Source of the DNA: an uncultured Vicinamibacteraceae bacterium
GTDB taxonomy: Bacteria; Acidobacteriota; Vicinamibacteria; Vicinamibacterales; UBA8438
Assembly (NCBI GenBank): GCA_964646815.1
Contig: CAZYFH010000017.1
Location: forward strand, 2,624 to 66,623
Length of the DNA: 64,000 nucleotides
Direction of reading: 5' to 3'
Shown here piece by piece: positions 1 to 9,794 of the stretch (positions are counted from its first letter, which is position 1; each line of letters starts with the position of its first letter). Position numbers and translations under genes: made by a program. The notes beneath the pieces were generated by a model. The model worked only from the letters and a program-made list of their open reading frames with translations, made no database searches and was not told the DNA's origin.

Positions 1-585
1 CTGATAATCCTCGCGCGGAATCGGGCGACGGAGCCCCTGCGTCGCATCGATCGCGCCGTCGGCGCCGAAATCGGCAATCGGCCGGCCGGTCCGCGCGTCG
101 ATCGCCCACAGGTACGCGTTGCCGGTCGGCAGGAAGATGCGGGCGTCCCGGCCGTCTGACCAGTACGCCACGCCCCGCGAGTTATAGCCGGTGTTCGCCG
201 GGCGCCACTCCTCCCAGCTCCCGGGGTCGAACACCCAGAGCGTCTCGCCGGTCGCGGCGTCGATCGCAGCGGCCTGTGACATCGACGTCTTGATGTACAG
301 CACGCCGTCAGCGAGCACCGGCGTCGACTTGAACGCGGCCGGCAGCGTCGGCAGCGTCGTGCGGTTGTCGGTCACGACGACGTTGTCAGGTGAATCCCAG
401 CGCCAGACGACCCCGAGGCGTTCGACCGTCTCGGCATCGATCTGATCGAGTGGCGAGTACTTGGTGCTGCCGTGATCGCCTCCGTAGGCGGGCCACTGAC
501 CGGGTGGGGTTCCTTGCTGCGCGAAGGCGGACGACGACCAGAACAGACCCGCCGCCAGAACGGAAACGTGGACGCGCTGTCGCAT
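1..585 (-). CDS. PQQ-dependent (quinoprotein) dehydrogenase, N-terminal part; C-terminus lies left of the window
   Basis: Not in the ORF track because it runs off the edge. Reverse translation from ATG at 585-583 gives MRQRVHVSVLAAGLFWSSSAFAQQGTPPGQWPAYGGDHGSTKYSPLDQIDAETVERLGVVWRWDS... This is a signal peptide followed by the W-x-YGGD..(R/K)YSPL motif shared with the full-length paralogs at 31789 and 55998. Confidence 0.8.
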   Translation of the reverse strand, partial: MRQRVHVSVLAAGLFWSSSAFAQQGTPPGQWPAYGGDHGSTKYSPLDQIDAETVERLGVVWRWDSPDNVVVTDNRTTLPTLPAAFKSTPVLADGVLYIKTSMSQAAAIDAATGETLWVFDPGSWEEWRPANTGYNSRGVAYWSDGRDARIFLPTGNAYLWAIDARTGRPIADFGADGAIDATQGLRRPIPREDYQ

Positions 586-631
586 GGGGACCCCCTGAGT
601 GCCCCATAGTATCGCCCGAACCTGGCGGACG

Positions 632-958
632 CTACTCGGCTCGCAGTGCTGTGATCGGGTCGACGGCCATCGCCCGCCGCGCGGGAGCAGAGGACGCAAG
701 GAGCGCCACGCTCAGCAAGACGGCATTGACGCTACCGAAGGCAACGACATCAGTTGAGCTGACACCGTAGAGCAGACTCCGAAGCAGCCGGCTCGTCTCA
801 AACGACCCGATCAGAGCGGCAGTGACACCGGACGGCGCCAGCACCATGCCGTGCCGTGCCGGATGACGAGACCGAAGATCTCGCTCCGCTGCGCGCCGAG
901 CGCCAGCCGGACGCCGAGCTCGCGTCGCCGCCGGCATCCAGAGCGCGATCATCCCCAC
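632..958 (-). pseudogene. Relic of an FtsX-like ABC transporter permease (MacB/ADOP type): last ~105 codons only, internally frameshifted
   Basis: ...LLYGVSSTDVVAFGSVNAVLLSVALLASSAPARRAMAVDPITALRAE* is the canonical FtsX-family C-terminus. The preceding RRRELGVRLALGAQRSEIFGLVIRHG motif is readable only in another frame (~850-930). The ~700 upstream codons expected for such a permease are absent. Confidence 0.65.
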
Positions 959-1326
959 CGTCCTTCCTGCCGAGCCTTCTCGATCAGTTCAGACAGCAAT
1001 TTCAGGCCTGCCTCGGACAACGTCGCCTGATCGAACAGCGCGGCCAACACCTCCTTGGTCGATCCCTCGAAAAGCGTCTGCATAACCTGAGTGAGCGCGG
1101 AGCGGCGGGTCTTCTCGGGTGGCAGCGTTGACAGGAACACATATGGTTCCCGCACCGACCTGAGCTCGTCCACGGACGCCGGTCGAGCGGGTGCCAATTG
1201 CGTCGCTGCAGGCGCCCGCCGGTCAGTGACCCCATACTGGCACCCGAGCGCTCCCATCACCCCAAACAGGAGACTCCACAACAAGGTAGGACGCGACCGA
1301 GGAGGATGACCGCCCACCACGTGCAC
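949..1326 (-). CDS. Hypothetical protein; C-terminal half resembles BlaI/MecI/CopY-family repressors, N-terminal winged helix not recognisable
   Basis: ORF track, 125 aa. ...REPYVFLSTLPPEKTRRSALTQVMQTLFEGSTKEVLAALFDQATLSEAGLKLLSELIEKARQEG fits the wing + F-x-GS + C-terminal helix pattern of the family. It may itself be a decayed copy. Confidence 0.35.
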   Translation of the reverse strand: MHVVGGHPPRSRPTLLWSLLFGVMGALGCQYGVTDRRAPAATQLAPARPASVDELRSVREPYVFLSTLPPEKTRRSALTQVMQTLFEGSTKEVLAALFDQATLSEAGLKLLSELIEKARQEGRWG

Positions 1327-1433
1327 CGCACGGATTCTGGGTCCACGGCCCGCGAGCCTAGTGGACCGCGATCGGGCCAGGCGTCGAGTGCGTAACGGGA
1401 ACGAATCGGTCGGGTCCGTGACGACAAACCGGC

Positions 1434-2315
1434 TTAGGAAGACCGTCGTTCCGCAGCGGCCTGCGCTCGCTGGAGGTAACCGCTCACGTTCACGCGCGCA
1501 CAGAACTCGAAGAACGCCGGCCGCGGACCAGTCCAGCGCAACTCGTCCACGTCGTCGAACACCGGCAGGTCACGTCGCAACATGGCGAGATCCTTGAACA
1601 GCGCCGCCTCCTCCCGGTGGGCGGCCAGGGTGCGCGCCAGCGACGCGGCGCCGCGCACCCTCACATCCCACACGCGGGGATCGTCCGGGATCGACTCGAG
1701 GTGCTCGTAGCAGGCGAGTACCGCGGACGCCGACTTAGCACCCCACCCGCGCAGTCCCGGGAACCCATCGGCTGAATCGCCCATCAGCGCCAGGTAATCA
1801 GGAATAGATGGCGGGGCGACACCGAATCGCTCACGCACGCCGTCGGCATCCCGCACGATTCCGGCGCGACGATCGAACTGCACGATGCGTCGGCCGTCGA
1901 CCATTTGCGCGAGATCCTTGTCCGGCGTACAGATGAAGACCTGTTCGACGCGCGCATCGCTGGCGGCGCGGACGGCCGCGGACGCGAGCGCGTCGTCCGC
2001 CTCGTGTTTGACCGTCTTCCAGACGACGATTCCCAGCGCCTCGAGTGCCTCTTCGAGCGGATGGAACTGGGCGAGCAGCGTGGGGTCGATGCCCTCGCCG
2101 GTCTTGTAACCAGGCCAGAGCTCGTTCCGAAACGACTGGATCACGTGGTCGGTTGCCACGCCGATGTGCGTCACCTGCTCTTCCAGCATCGAGAGCAGCG
2201 AGCCGACGACGCCGCGCACCGCACCCATCTCGCTTCCGGCGGCATCGACAACGGGCGGCACGGCGTAGAAGTGTCGAAACAGCTCGTAGGTGCCGTCGAT
2301 GAGGAAAACGTTCAT
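1434..2315 (-). CDS. 5'-3' exonuclease (FEN / DNA polymerase I N-terminal domain family)
   Basis: 293 aa. MNVFLIDGTYELFRHFYA..., ...KHEADDALAS..., ...IPDYLALMGDSADGFPGLRGWGAKSA are the PIN-like nuclease and H3TH motifs of this family. Confidence 0.9.
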   Translation of the reverse strand: MNVFLIDGTYELFRHFYAVPPVVDAAGSEMGAVRGVVGSLLSMLEEQVTHIGVATDHVIQSFRNELWPGYKTGEGIDPTLLAQFHPLEEALEALGIVVWKTVKHEADDALASAAVRAASDARVEQVFICTPDKDLAQMVDGRRIVQFDRRAGIVRDADGVRERFGVAPPSIPDYLALMGDSADGFPGLRGWGAKSASAVLACYEHLESIPDDPRVWDVRVRGAASLARTLAAHREEAALFKDLAMLRRDLPVFDDVDELRWTGPRPAFFEFCARVNVSGYLQRAQAAAERRSS

Positions 2316-2412
2316 CGGACCCTATTCTCTAGGGCCTGGCGGATGGAGGCTGGGAGAGGGGGTCCAGGTCACCGACGGGCTGACGCGACAGGCCGCCGCG
2401 CCAGAACGCGTC

Positions 2413-4134
2413 TTACGCGACTCCCTGATCGGCCAGCTCAGCCGCTTCCCGGCGCCGGCCGGACCGCTGGCCACGGCGAGGCTCGACGAAGGAACTGAGT
2501 CGGCGGCTCAGCGACGGATCGCGAAGCTTGCGCAGCGCGGCCGCTTCGATTTGGCGAATCCGTTCGCGCGTCAAGGAGAACTTCTCTCCGAGCTCGGCGA
2601 GTGTCGGCTCGGCTCCATCGCTCAGACCGAACCGCATCCGAATGACCTCGCGCTCCTTCGGGCTGAGGGTCTCGAGCACCGACTCCGTCTGACGCCGCAA
2701 GTCAAAAGCGACCGTCGCTTCGGCGGGGTTGACCGCCTGCCGGTCTTCAATGAAGTCGCCGAACTGGCTTTCATCACTATCACCGATCGGCGCGTCGAGC
2801 GACACGACCGTCTGCGCGATCTTCCGCGCTTTTCGCACGACTGACAACGGTAGGTCGGCGCGCTCGGCCAGCTCGTTCGGGGTCGGCTCGCGGCCGAGGT
2901 CACGCGTCAATGTCTGCATCGCGCGATTCAGCTTGTTGAGCGTCTCGATCATGTGGACCGGAATCCGAATCGTACGAGCCTGATCCGCGATGGCGCGCGT
3001 GATCGCCTGCCGAATCCACCACGTGGCGTAGGTCGAGAACTTGAAGCCACGGCGGTAGTCGAACTTATCGACCGCGCGCATCAGTCCGATGTTGCCTTCC
3101 TGGATGAGATCGAGGAACGCGAGACCCCGGTTGACGTATTTCTTAGCGACCGAGACGACGAGGCGCAGGTTAGCCTCGGTGAGTTCCTTCCGCGCCTTGT
3201 CCCCCTCTACGACGCCGCGCCGGATCGACTTCTGGATGACGGTCAGATCCGCTGCCGTCTCACCGAGGTCCTTCTTGCACTCCGAGAGCTCGCGCCGCGC
3301 CTCACGCAGGCCGGGGCTCACGGCCGACCGCTGCCCGCGGCGGCCGATCGCCGGGGACTGACGGCTCAGGTGCTCGACCCGGCGTTCCGCCCGCAGCAGC
3401 GTCGCGGCGGCCGACTCGACGCACTCGATCAGCGAACGACGCACGGCCGGCGTGAACTTGATGTGCCGGATGGTGTGCGACACCGCGATCCGGGCCCGCG
3501 CGACGCGCCACAAGGTGCGGGTGGACGGACGACGGCGGCGTTTGCGGACCGCAGCGGCACGCGCCTCCCGGCGCGCTAACTCCTTGAGCGAGTCGCGTAC
3601 GGCATCTGCGTCGGTCAAGAACCGTTTGACGCGATTGGCCAGCTGGCGCTGCGACAACTCGGTGTCGGGCATCACAATGGTGTCGCGCAACGTGCGGTCG
3701 CCAGCGCGCAACTGATCGGCGAAATGACTGACTCGGTGCGCGGCGATAAGACTTCGCGACAACGCCCTCATGATCCGCAGCTCGCCGCGCTCGATGCGCT
3801 TGGCGATCGCGACCTCGCCCTCGCGAGTGAGCAGCGGCACGCGGCTCATCTGACGCAGGTAGGTCCGGACGAGATCCTGACCCTGATCCTCCTCGTGCGA
3901 TGCGATCTGTGGCTCCCGAGGGCGCGCAGCCGGGCGCCGTTTCGGGTCGGCGACCTGTTCTGCGCCGTCGACCTCGACGCCCTGGCCCTCAAGGTCCTGC
4001 AGCAACGCGCTCAGATCCTCGACGTCGAGATCGGCTGGGGTGCGCTCCAGCACCTGATCGAGCGTCACGAACCCACGCCCAGCGCCCAGAGTCACGAGTT
4101 CACGAACGATGTCCTGGCGTTCCTGTGTCAGCAA
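2413..4134 (-). CDS. rpoD: RNA polymerase primary sigma factor (sigma-70)
   Basis: 573 aa. Region 2-3 signature [61 protein letters not shown]. Region 4 [15 protein letters not shown]...[31 protein letters not shown] start at 4134 is preceded by AGGGAG. Confidence 0.95.
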   Translation of the reverse strand: MLTQERQDIVRELVTLGAGRGFVTLDQVLERTPADLDVEDLSALLQDLEGQGVEVDGAEQVADPKRRPAARPREPQIASHEEDQGQDLVRTYLRQMSRVPLLTREGEVAIAKRIERGELRIMRALSRSLIAAHRVSHFADQLRAGDRTLRDTIVMPDTELSQRQLANRVKRFLTDADAVRDSLKELARREARAAAVRKRRRRPSTRTLWRVARARIAVSHTIRHIKFTPAVRRSLIECVESAAATLLRAERRVEHLSRQSPAIGRRGQRSAVSPGLREARRELSECKKDLGETAADLTVIQKSIRRGVVEGDKARKELTEANLRLVVSVAKKYVNRGLAFLDLIQEGNIGLMRAVDKFDYRRGFKFSTYATWWIRQAITRAIADQARTIRIPVHMIETLNKLNRAMQTLTRDLGREPTPNELAERADLPLSVVRKARKIAQTVVSLDAPIGDSDESQFGDFIEDRQAVNPAEATVAFDLRRQTESVLETLSPKEREVIRMRFGLSDGAEPTLAELGEKFSLTRERIRQIEAAALRKLRDPSLSRRLSSFVEPRRGQRSGRRREAAELADQGVA

Positions 4135-4527
4135 GTGCCAACTCTCCCTCTATATACATATCGGCACCGCGTCAGGAAAACGACGCCGATGCCGGACAAA
4201 CCCCTCCCCGCTTGTTAGGACGACACAGGAAGGCGCACGGTTTCTGCGAAAGTCGCTTATTGTATCAATAATTTGCTACTAATTGCGACACTTTTGGGCT
4301 TATCACCTAAGGCAGCGAGGGAAAGCACGACACGCATGATCGCGTTGCGAGTTCGGGCAGACACGGAGGGTTAGTCGGGTGACTACTAGCGCCTCTTCCG
4401 TGCGAGACGCGTTGGCAGGGCCTTTTGTTCGCTGACATAGCCGACCAGGCGGCGGCCGCGCGACGGCGCCTTCTTCCGTCATCATCCTGCGCGAAGTTGA
4501 CGGACCCGCGCCTGTCTGGCGGCGGGC

Positions 4528-5314
4528 TACTCCCAGAACCGTAGCGGCACCAGATGACGGACACCCCGCAGCACGAGGCCCGCATAACGAAGTGCCCGCT
4601 CGCGGCGAACGTTCCACGGCAGGCCGTAGGCGCTCCGCAGCGCCTCGGGCAGTAATCCGACGGTTATTATGCGATCGAAGTCCATCGCCGGCCAACCGGC
4701 CGCCAGGTGGGCTCAGCAGGGCAACCGCGAGGTCGCGCGCTGTGTCGGTGACGACGAGCCGGCCGCTCTGATGGATGTCGTCCAGGCACCCCGCAACTGC
4801 TGCCGCCGTCTGCGGCAACCCGTCGGCCCGTACGAGGAGTGGTCCGACCGCGGCCGCTTCGGCGCAGTACTGACCCTCTTCTTCATCGGTCGTCAGCGTG
4901 CCGGCGAACAGCCGGTATGTCCGTAGCTGGCTATCGACAAGCGTCGCGTGCACCCAGGTGAGCAAGGTGGGGTCGGCAGCGGAGTAGTGCGTGCCCGCCC
5001 GAAACAGCCCAACCGTGTCCGGGAGACGCCCGTGCGCCCGCGCGTGGAGCGCATTGATCTGGGCGGCGGCCCGACGCACCTCCGGCTCGTTTCCGAACGT
5101 CAACGACAGCATCGCGCCAATCGTGCGGCGCATCCGTCGAAACTAGGCGAGGGCACCAGCCTCGAATTCGCTTTGGTGCGCGACTGCCGCGGCGACCAGA
5201 GGGTGCGCGATCTGGATCAAGATCGCACGACCCCCATCCGAGCACCACGACCGCCTCGCTGTTGACGCGACGCGAGAATACCGCGGTGTTTGCAACAAGG
5301 AGTGCAGGCAGCAC
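4528..5314 (-). pseudogene. DUF2236 / MpaB-type oxygenase family gene disrupted by two frameshifts and one in-frame TAG
   Basis: Family motifs are spread over three frames: SRRVNSEAVVVLGWG (frame 1), then GGRAILIQIAHPLVAAAVAHQSEFEAG, in-frame TAG at 5145-5143, then FRRMRRTIGAMLSLTFGNEPEVRRAAAQINALHARAHG (frame 2), then ITVGLLPEALRSAYGLPWNVRRERALRYAGLVLRGVRHLVPLRFWE* (frame 3, stop at 4530-4528). The shifts are near 5234 and near 4705. Confidence 0.7.
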
Positions 5315-5394
5315 CTAGAGTTGCGCAACCCACTTGCGAACCCCAGCTAACGATCCAATCACCTGAAGATCGACGTTCAAAACTCGGAGACGAC

Positions 5395-6048
5395 GTGAGC
5401 GGTCAGACAACGATCAAGCCGAACCCGAACGGAACCTACCTCGTCACCAACTGCCGTCTCCTCAAGGGCATGATGAGCGGCAAGGAGTACGCCACGGAAG
5501 GAACGGTGGTGCTGTGCCGTTGTGGCGGCTCGCAGAACAAGCCGTATTACGACGGCACCCACAAGACCAACGGCTTCTCTGGCGAAAAGGCGGCCGATCG
5601 GGCGCCCGACAGACGGGAAAGGCACACCGGCGACGGCGTGACCATCCACGACAACCGCGGCATCTTCGCCCACGCCGGCCGCTGCACCGATGGGCTCAAG
5701 GCGGTGTTCAGCCTCGGCGAGGAGTCCTGGATCAACGCACGCGCAGAGCCGCCGCAGGCGATCGTCGAAACGATCGAGCCGTGCCCGTCGGGAGCACTCA
5801 GCTACACCACAGGCGACGCGGAGCATCGCGACCGCGAGAGCGACCCGATGGTGGTCATCGTGCCGAACGGGCTGTATGCGGTGAAGGGCAGCGCCGATTG
5901 TCAGGGCGCCGACTTAGGGGAAGGGGCATCACGCGAGCATTTCACGCTGTGCCGGTGCGGCCAGAGCAAGAACAAGCCATTCTGCAGCGGCGCGCACTGG
6001 TATCACCAGTTCGACGAGCACGCCCCGAAGCCCGACGCCCAACCTTAG
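5395..6048 (+). CDS. CDGSH iron-sulfur domain protein with a central divergent mono-cluster ferredoxin-like domain
   Basis: Two CDGSH-type motifs (LCRCGGSQNKPYYDGTH and LCRCGQSKNKPFCSGAH) flank ...HDNRGIFAHAGRCTDGLKAVFSLGEESWINA...IEPCPSGALSY. GTG at 5395 with GGAGA 7 nt upstream is preferred over the track start at 5290. Confidence 0.8.
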   Translation: MSGQTTIKPNPNGTYLVTNCRLLKGMMSGKEYATEGTVVLCRCGGSQNKPYYDGTHKTNGFSGEKAADRAPDRRERHTGDGVTIHDNRGIFAHAGRCTDGLKAVFSLGEESWINARAEPPQAIVETIEPCPSGALSYTTGDAEHRDRESDPMVVIVPNGLYAVKGSADCQGADLGEGASREHFTLCRCGQSKNKPFCSGAHWYHQFDEHAPKPDAQP

Positions 6049-6080
6049 TCAGGACCGCCTCGCGGCCGCCGGGGCCGCGC

Positions 6081-7610
6081 TCACCGGCGGCGCTCGACGC
6101 GTGCATGATCGAGGTAGCGGTGGCGGTCGAGGACCGTCATTTGAGCCGTCACGCGGTAGCGACCGTCGGCGGTCTCCGCCGAGACATCTTCTGTCTGCCA
6201 GTCGACCGACTCATCGGGTCCGCCGTTGAGCGCCTCATGCAAGACACGGCCCTCCATCGTCGGCGGGGCGTCGACGCCGAACAGGAAGAGGAAGGTCGGC
6301 GCGAAGTCGACGTTGGCCGTCGGCGACGCGATCCGGATTCCGGACTTCACATCAGGTCCGGCGGCGATCAGCGTGTTATGGATGTCGCGGGGGCTCGCGC
6401 TTCCATGTCCGGCGACCCCGTCGGACGCTACTGTCCCCCCGTAGCCGAACGTGTTCTCATCATCGGACCATGCCGGAGAGAAGAGGACATCGGCCGCGCG
6501 GTCATGGTTCCAGCGGATGTGGTCGAATGACAGCGTACCCGGCGCCCGCCCTCCCCTCGTGAAGATTGCTCCAACCCGTTCCTCGCGCTGCAATGCCTCC
6601 ACGATCGCGACGACGGTGTCGCGGTCTCCGTCCCGAACGTAGATCGCGCCACCACCCGCAACGATCCGCGGCGTGCCGTCAGCGAGCGTACCGGAGAACG
6701 GGCCCAGCACGGACTCGAGATCGACGCCACCCATGTGTGTCGAGAACCCGTGGTCCGACGTGACCCAGATGTTGACGTCGTCGAATAGACCGGCGGTCCG
6801 CAGCTCATCCTGGATTCGGCCGATCTCGTCATCGACCCCGCGCAGCGCGGCAATCGACGTGGGGTGCCCGATGCCGTGCGCGTGGGCGCTCGTATCCGGC
6901 TCGCTCAGCCACATCAGGGTCACCGCAGGGTCGACCCGCGGGAGGCCAACCTTGAGGAAGGCATCAACGACATATCGATTCCTCGCATCGTTCGGCATGT
7001 CCGCTGGCGGCACGGCGCCGAGACGCTCGCGCACCTCGGCCTCGAGCGGTGCCGGCAGCGCATAGTCATAGTGGATGATCCCGCCGCCGGCAACGTGATG
7101 GTTGAGCAGATACGACGACCCGGTCGAGCCGGCGCTGACAACCAACAAGCGGTGGCCGGCCGCCTGCAGGCATTCCCCGAGCGTCGACGCGGTCAGGAGC
7201 CCCGACGACTCCGATGCGGCAACCTGCAGGAGATTGTCACGATCGCTGGTGCTCAGGAAACGGGTCGAATCAACGGCAGGGAAGAACACGGCGTTGCCCA
7301 GGAGTCCGTGAACTTGGGGGTAGGCACCCGTCGACACGGACGCGGCGTTGACGCGCGTCACGGTCGGGTAGACGGAGTGATGGTTCGTGAAGATGACCCC
7401 GCGCTCGCCGAGCGCGTGCAGGTTGGGCATCAGATCGGGCGTCACGTAGTCGGGCCGGAGCCCATCGAGCACGATGAGCAGTTGCCGCTCCGCGACCGGA
7501 TCAATGGACCCTGTCGGCTCAATGGACGGCGGCGGATCTGTACCCATCCGCATCGTGACACCGCATGCGAGAGTTAGGACGACGGCTGCACCAACCAAGT
7601 ATCGTGTCAT
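6081..7610 (-). CDS. Alkaline phosphatase superfamily protein, nucleotide pyrophosphatase/phosphodiesterase (NPP)-like lipoprotein
   Basis: Trimmed from track ORF 6081..7928 to the ATG at 7610 (GGAG 4 nt upstream). MTRYLVGAAVVLTLACG is a lipoprotein signal. LLIVLDGLRPDYVTPDLMPNLHALGERGVIFTNHHSVYPTVTRVNAASVSTGAYPQVHGLLGN is the NPP metal/nucleophile region. Confidence 0.8.
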   Translation of the reverse strand: MTRYLVGAAVVLTLACGVTMRMGTDPPPSIEPTGSIDPVAERQLLIVLDGLRPDYVTPDLMPNLHALGERGVIFTNHHSVYPTVTRVNAASVSTGAYPQVHGLLGNAVFFPAVDSTRFLSTSDRDNLLQVAASESSGLLTASTLGECLQAAGHRLLVVSAGSTGSSYLLNHHVAGGGIIHYDYALPAPLEAEVRERLGAVPPADMPNDARNRYVVDAFLKVGLPRVDPAVTLMWLSEPDTSAHAHGIGHPTSIAALRGVDDEIGRIQDELRTAGLFDDVNIWVTSDHGFSTHMGGVDLESVLGPFSGTLADGTPRIVAGGGAIYVRDGDRDTVVAIVEALQREERVGAIFTRGGRAPGTLSFDHIRWNHDRAADVLFSPAWSDDENTFGYGGTVASDGVAGHGSASPRDIHNTLIAAGPDVKSGIRIASPTANVDFAPTFLFLFGVDAPPTMEGRVLHEALNGGPDESVDWQTEDVSAETADGRYRVTAQMTVLDRHRYLDHARVERRR

Positions 7611-7624
7611 CTCCTGAGCACCCG

Positions 7625-9772
7625 TTAGGCGCACTGACGGGCGGCTACCTTCGCCACGAACCGTTGCACGACCGCGCGTTGCGCGCCGCCCCAGTGGATC
7701 GGCCGGGGCACCCCCTTGACGACCTTCACGACGAAGCGGCGGCCTGCCTCGGTTTCGAGACAGTGCCCGAGCAGAAGGTCGAGGGCCAGTTCGCCTCGGA
7801 CAACCTGGGGGAGATAGGTCATCGGCCAGTCGCCACGGGAAAAGCGGACGGCGACGGCCCGCCGGAGCCGCTCGTTGTGATCCCACTGCCTGAGGATCTG
7901 AGGCACACGCCTCTGGAGTCGTGACCAAGCGACCGAGCCGAGCCGTTGCTGGCGCGCTGCGTCGTAGACCGGCTGAAACGCCAACACGGCAAGACTCGCC
8001 GCTTCGGCCCCGCGGTGATCGAGCGCTACCGCCAGCAGGAACGCCTTGAAATTGACCGGCTCGGGTGCCAGGTTGGCGGAACGGGTAGCCGCGTTCAGCC
8101 AGGTGTCGAGCGGGATGCGGGACACAACGTCTGAGTCCGGGTCGAGCGCCTTGGCAATCACAGAGAGCGTCCAGGGATGAAGGGCGCCCTCACTGACCAC
8201 CGGGCCGAGAAGGACTGCGGGGTCGCGGCCAAGCAGGCGGATCCAGGCCAGGTCGAGTCGACGCGGCATGGGGTCGCTCTCCGCCAGCCAGGCCAGCACG
8301 GTCTCGACCGCCGTCTCACCGAAATGCGTAACGACGCCGTCCGCCAACTCGGTGCAGTTTGCCTCGAGCATCGCGCGCACGATGCCGATGCGCGTAGCCT
8401 CGTCGACCTCCGCCGGATCGGCTGACGTGACCGCAGTCCACAACGTCTGCCGCGAGTCGACCGGCATCGCCCACACCCCCGCCTTCGCCGCGAGGCCGAC
8501 GTTGCGCGCGACGGCGCGACCCAGCAGGTCGTCGCCGCCGGCACCAGACAACAGCGGGCCAAGAGCGACCTCGCCCAGCGGGTTCATTCCGATCTCAAGC
8601 GCCGCTTGTGTGAGGCGCAGGGCGGTTGCGCCGTGCGTCTGCAGCAGGCGCGCGGCCCGGTCAGCGACCGCCAGACGTTCCGCGTCGAATGCCGCTGCCG
8701 CGCGTGTGATCGCCAGCGCGAGCAGCATGTCCGCTTCCGAGAAACCCGCTGGCCGCGGCTCGGGCGCTGCCGCCCCGCCGAACAGCGCCAGCTTCAAGCG
8801 CGCGGCCTCGGCCGGGTTCGGAAAGCGGTCGCCCACCAGTCCCAAGAGACGAGTCGCCCGCCGGACACCGTCGCGTGTCAGTCCCTCCCCCGTCATCGCG
8901 CTGCCCGATTCGGCGTCGCTGGCACCCAACTGCGCGTAGACATCGGCCAGACGTGCCAACCCCGCTCTGCCGCTGCCGGCGTCATCGCCAAATCGCCACA
9001 GGAACGCGCTGAGCGAACGGTTGTGCGAGTCCGCGATCAAGTCGTCCACCGTTTCGCGGACCCAACCGGCGGATGGGGCGGGCGGGGCGCTCGCGCCGGC
9101 GTCGACCGTCGCGATTTCGTCGGCTGGGGCCAGATTGGCGCTCCGCTCGCGCGGCACAACCTGGAGCGCGAACGGTGCGTCGGCGAGCCGCAGGTCGCCG
9201 AGCGCCAACGTGCAGAACGTGAAGCGCTCCCGGAGGCTGGGCCATTGTTGGAGCCAGCACGCGAGTGCGAACGGGTCCCATGGCACACGGTCGTCAGTGA
9301 TCACCCGTACGGCCCGCGGCGTGCCCGGATCGTACAGACGCGAGACGACCTGCGCGACGACGTCGGCGGAGACCAATGGTGGCGTATGTTGCGCCGCCGC
9401 CACTCGCTCGCCGGGCAGCTCGATCGGGGTCGAGTACGGCAACCAGTCGCCGCCGTCGGGCCGCCGGAACAGGCCGACCAGCGGCGCGAGATCGCGGACG
9501 TCCGCCAGATCGTTGTCGGCGATCAACAGCGTATGCGTCCACACCGAGCCCGCACGCGCCACGTCGGTGGCGTTCCATGTGCGAGCCAATGCGTACAGCC
9601 CGCGGCGGACGGGGTACCCGGAGAGGTAGTCGTCGAACGTCACGCCGCCACCGTGCCCTGAGATGTCGCTCAGCGATGCGAGGGTGTGCCGGTCTTCCGT
9701 CGATAGCGGCATCGAGGTAGCGAGGAGCCGATGTCCGTCGGTATAGCCGTGAAGGGTCTGATGGACGATCAT
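7625..9772 (-). CDS. GAP1-like protein (GTPase-associated protein 1) of a GTPase-associated conflict system
   Basis: 715 aa. The N-terminus MIVHQTLHGYTDGHRLLATSMPLSTEDRHTLASLSDISG matches my recollection of the GAP1-N1 signature (QTLHGY..GHRLLA.S). It is the last gene of the GASH / GTPase / GTPase cluster, 22 nt after the preceding gene. Confidence 0.65.
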   Translation of the reverse strand: MIVHQTLHGYTDGHRLLATSMPLSTEDRHTLASLSDISGHGGGVTFDDYLSGYPVRRGLYALARTWNATDVARAGSVWTHTLLIADNDLADVRDLAPLVGLFRRPDGGDWLPYSTPIELPGERVAAAQHTPPLVSADVVAQVVSRLYDPGTPRAVRVITDDRVPWDPFALACWLQQWPSLRERFTFCTLALGDLRLADAPFALQVVPRERSANLAPADEIATVDAGASAPPAPSAGWVRETVDDLIADSHNRSLSAFLWRFGDDAGSGRAGLARLADVYAQLGASDAESGSAMTGEGLTRDGVRRATRLLGLVGDRFPNPAEAARLKLALFGGAAAPEPRPAGFSEADMLLALAITRAAAAFDAERLAVADRAARLLQTHGATALRLTQAALEIGMNPLGEVALGPLLSGAGGDDLLGRAVARNVGLAAKAGVWAMPVDSRQTLWTAVTSADPAEVDEATRIGIVRAMLEANCTELADGVVTHFGETAVETVLAWLAESDPMPRRLDLAWIRLLGRDPAVLLGPVVSEGALHPWTLSVIAKALDPDSDVVSRIPLDTWLNAATRSANLAPEPVNFKAFLLAVALDHRGAEAASLAVLAFQPVYDAARQQRLGSVAWSRLQRRVPQILRQWDHNERLRRAVAVRFSRGDWPMTYLPQVVRGELALDLLLGHCLETEAGRRFVVKVVKGVPRPIHWGGAQRAVVQRFVAKVAARQCA

Positions 9773-9794
9773 CGGGTCTGCCCGAATCGGCGCG

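Noticed and set aside
4140-4300. AT-rich tract upstream of rpoD with TACAAT on the minus strand (complement of 4259..4264), a possible promoter.
   Set aside because: There is no convincing -35 element at 16-18 nt (the best candidate is TCGCAA), and promoter consensus for this lineage is unknown. I did not list it as a feature.
5514-6530. 338-aa plus-strand ORF, plus similar long ORFs at 8606..9661, 36164..37117, 48018..49088 and 60837..62021.
   Set aside because: All overlap better-supported genes in another frame or on the other strand. They are Arg/Pro-rich and lack recognisable motifs, so they are high-GC artefacts.
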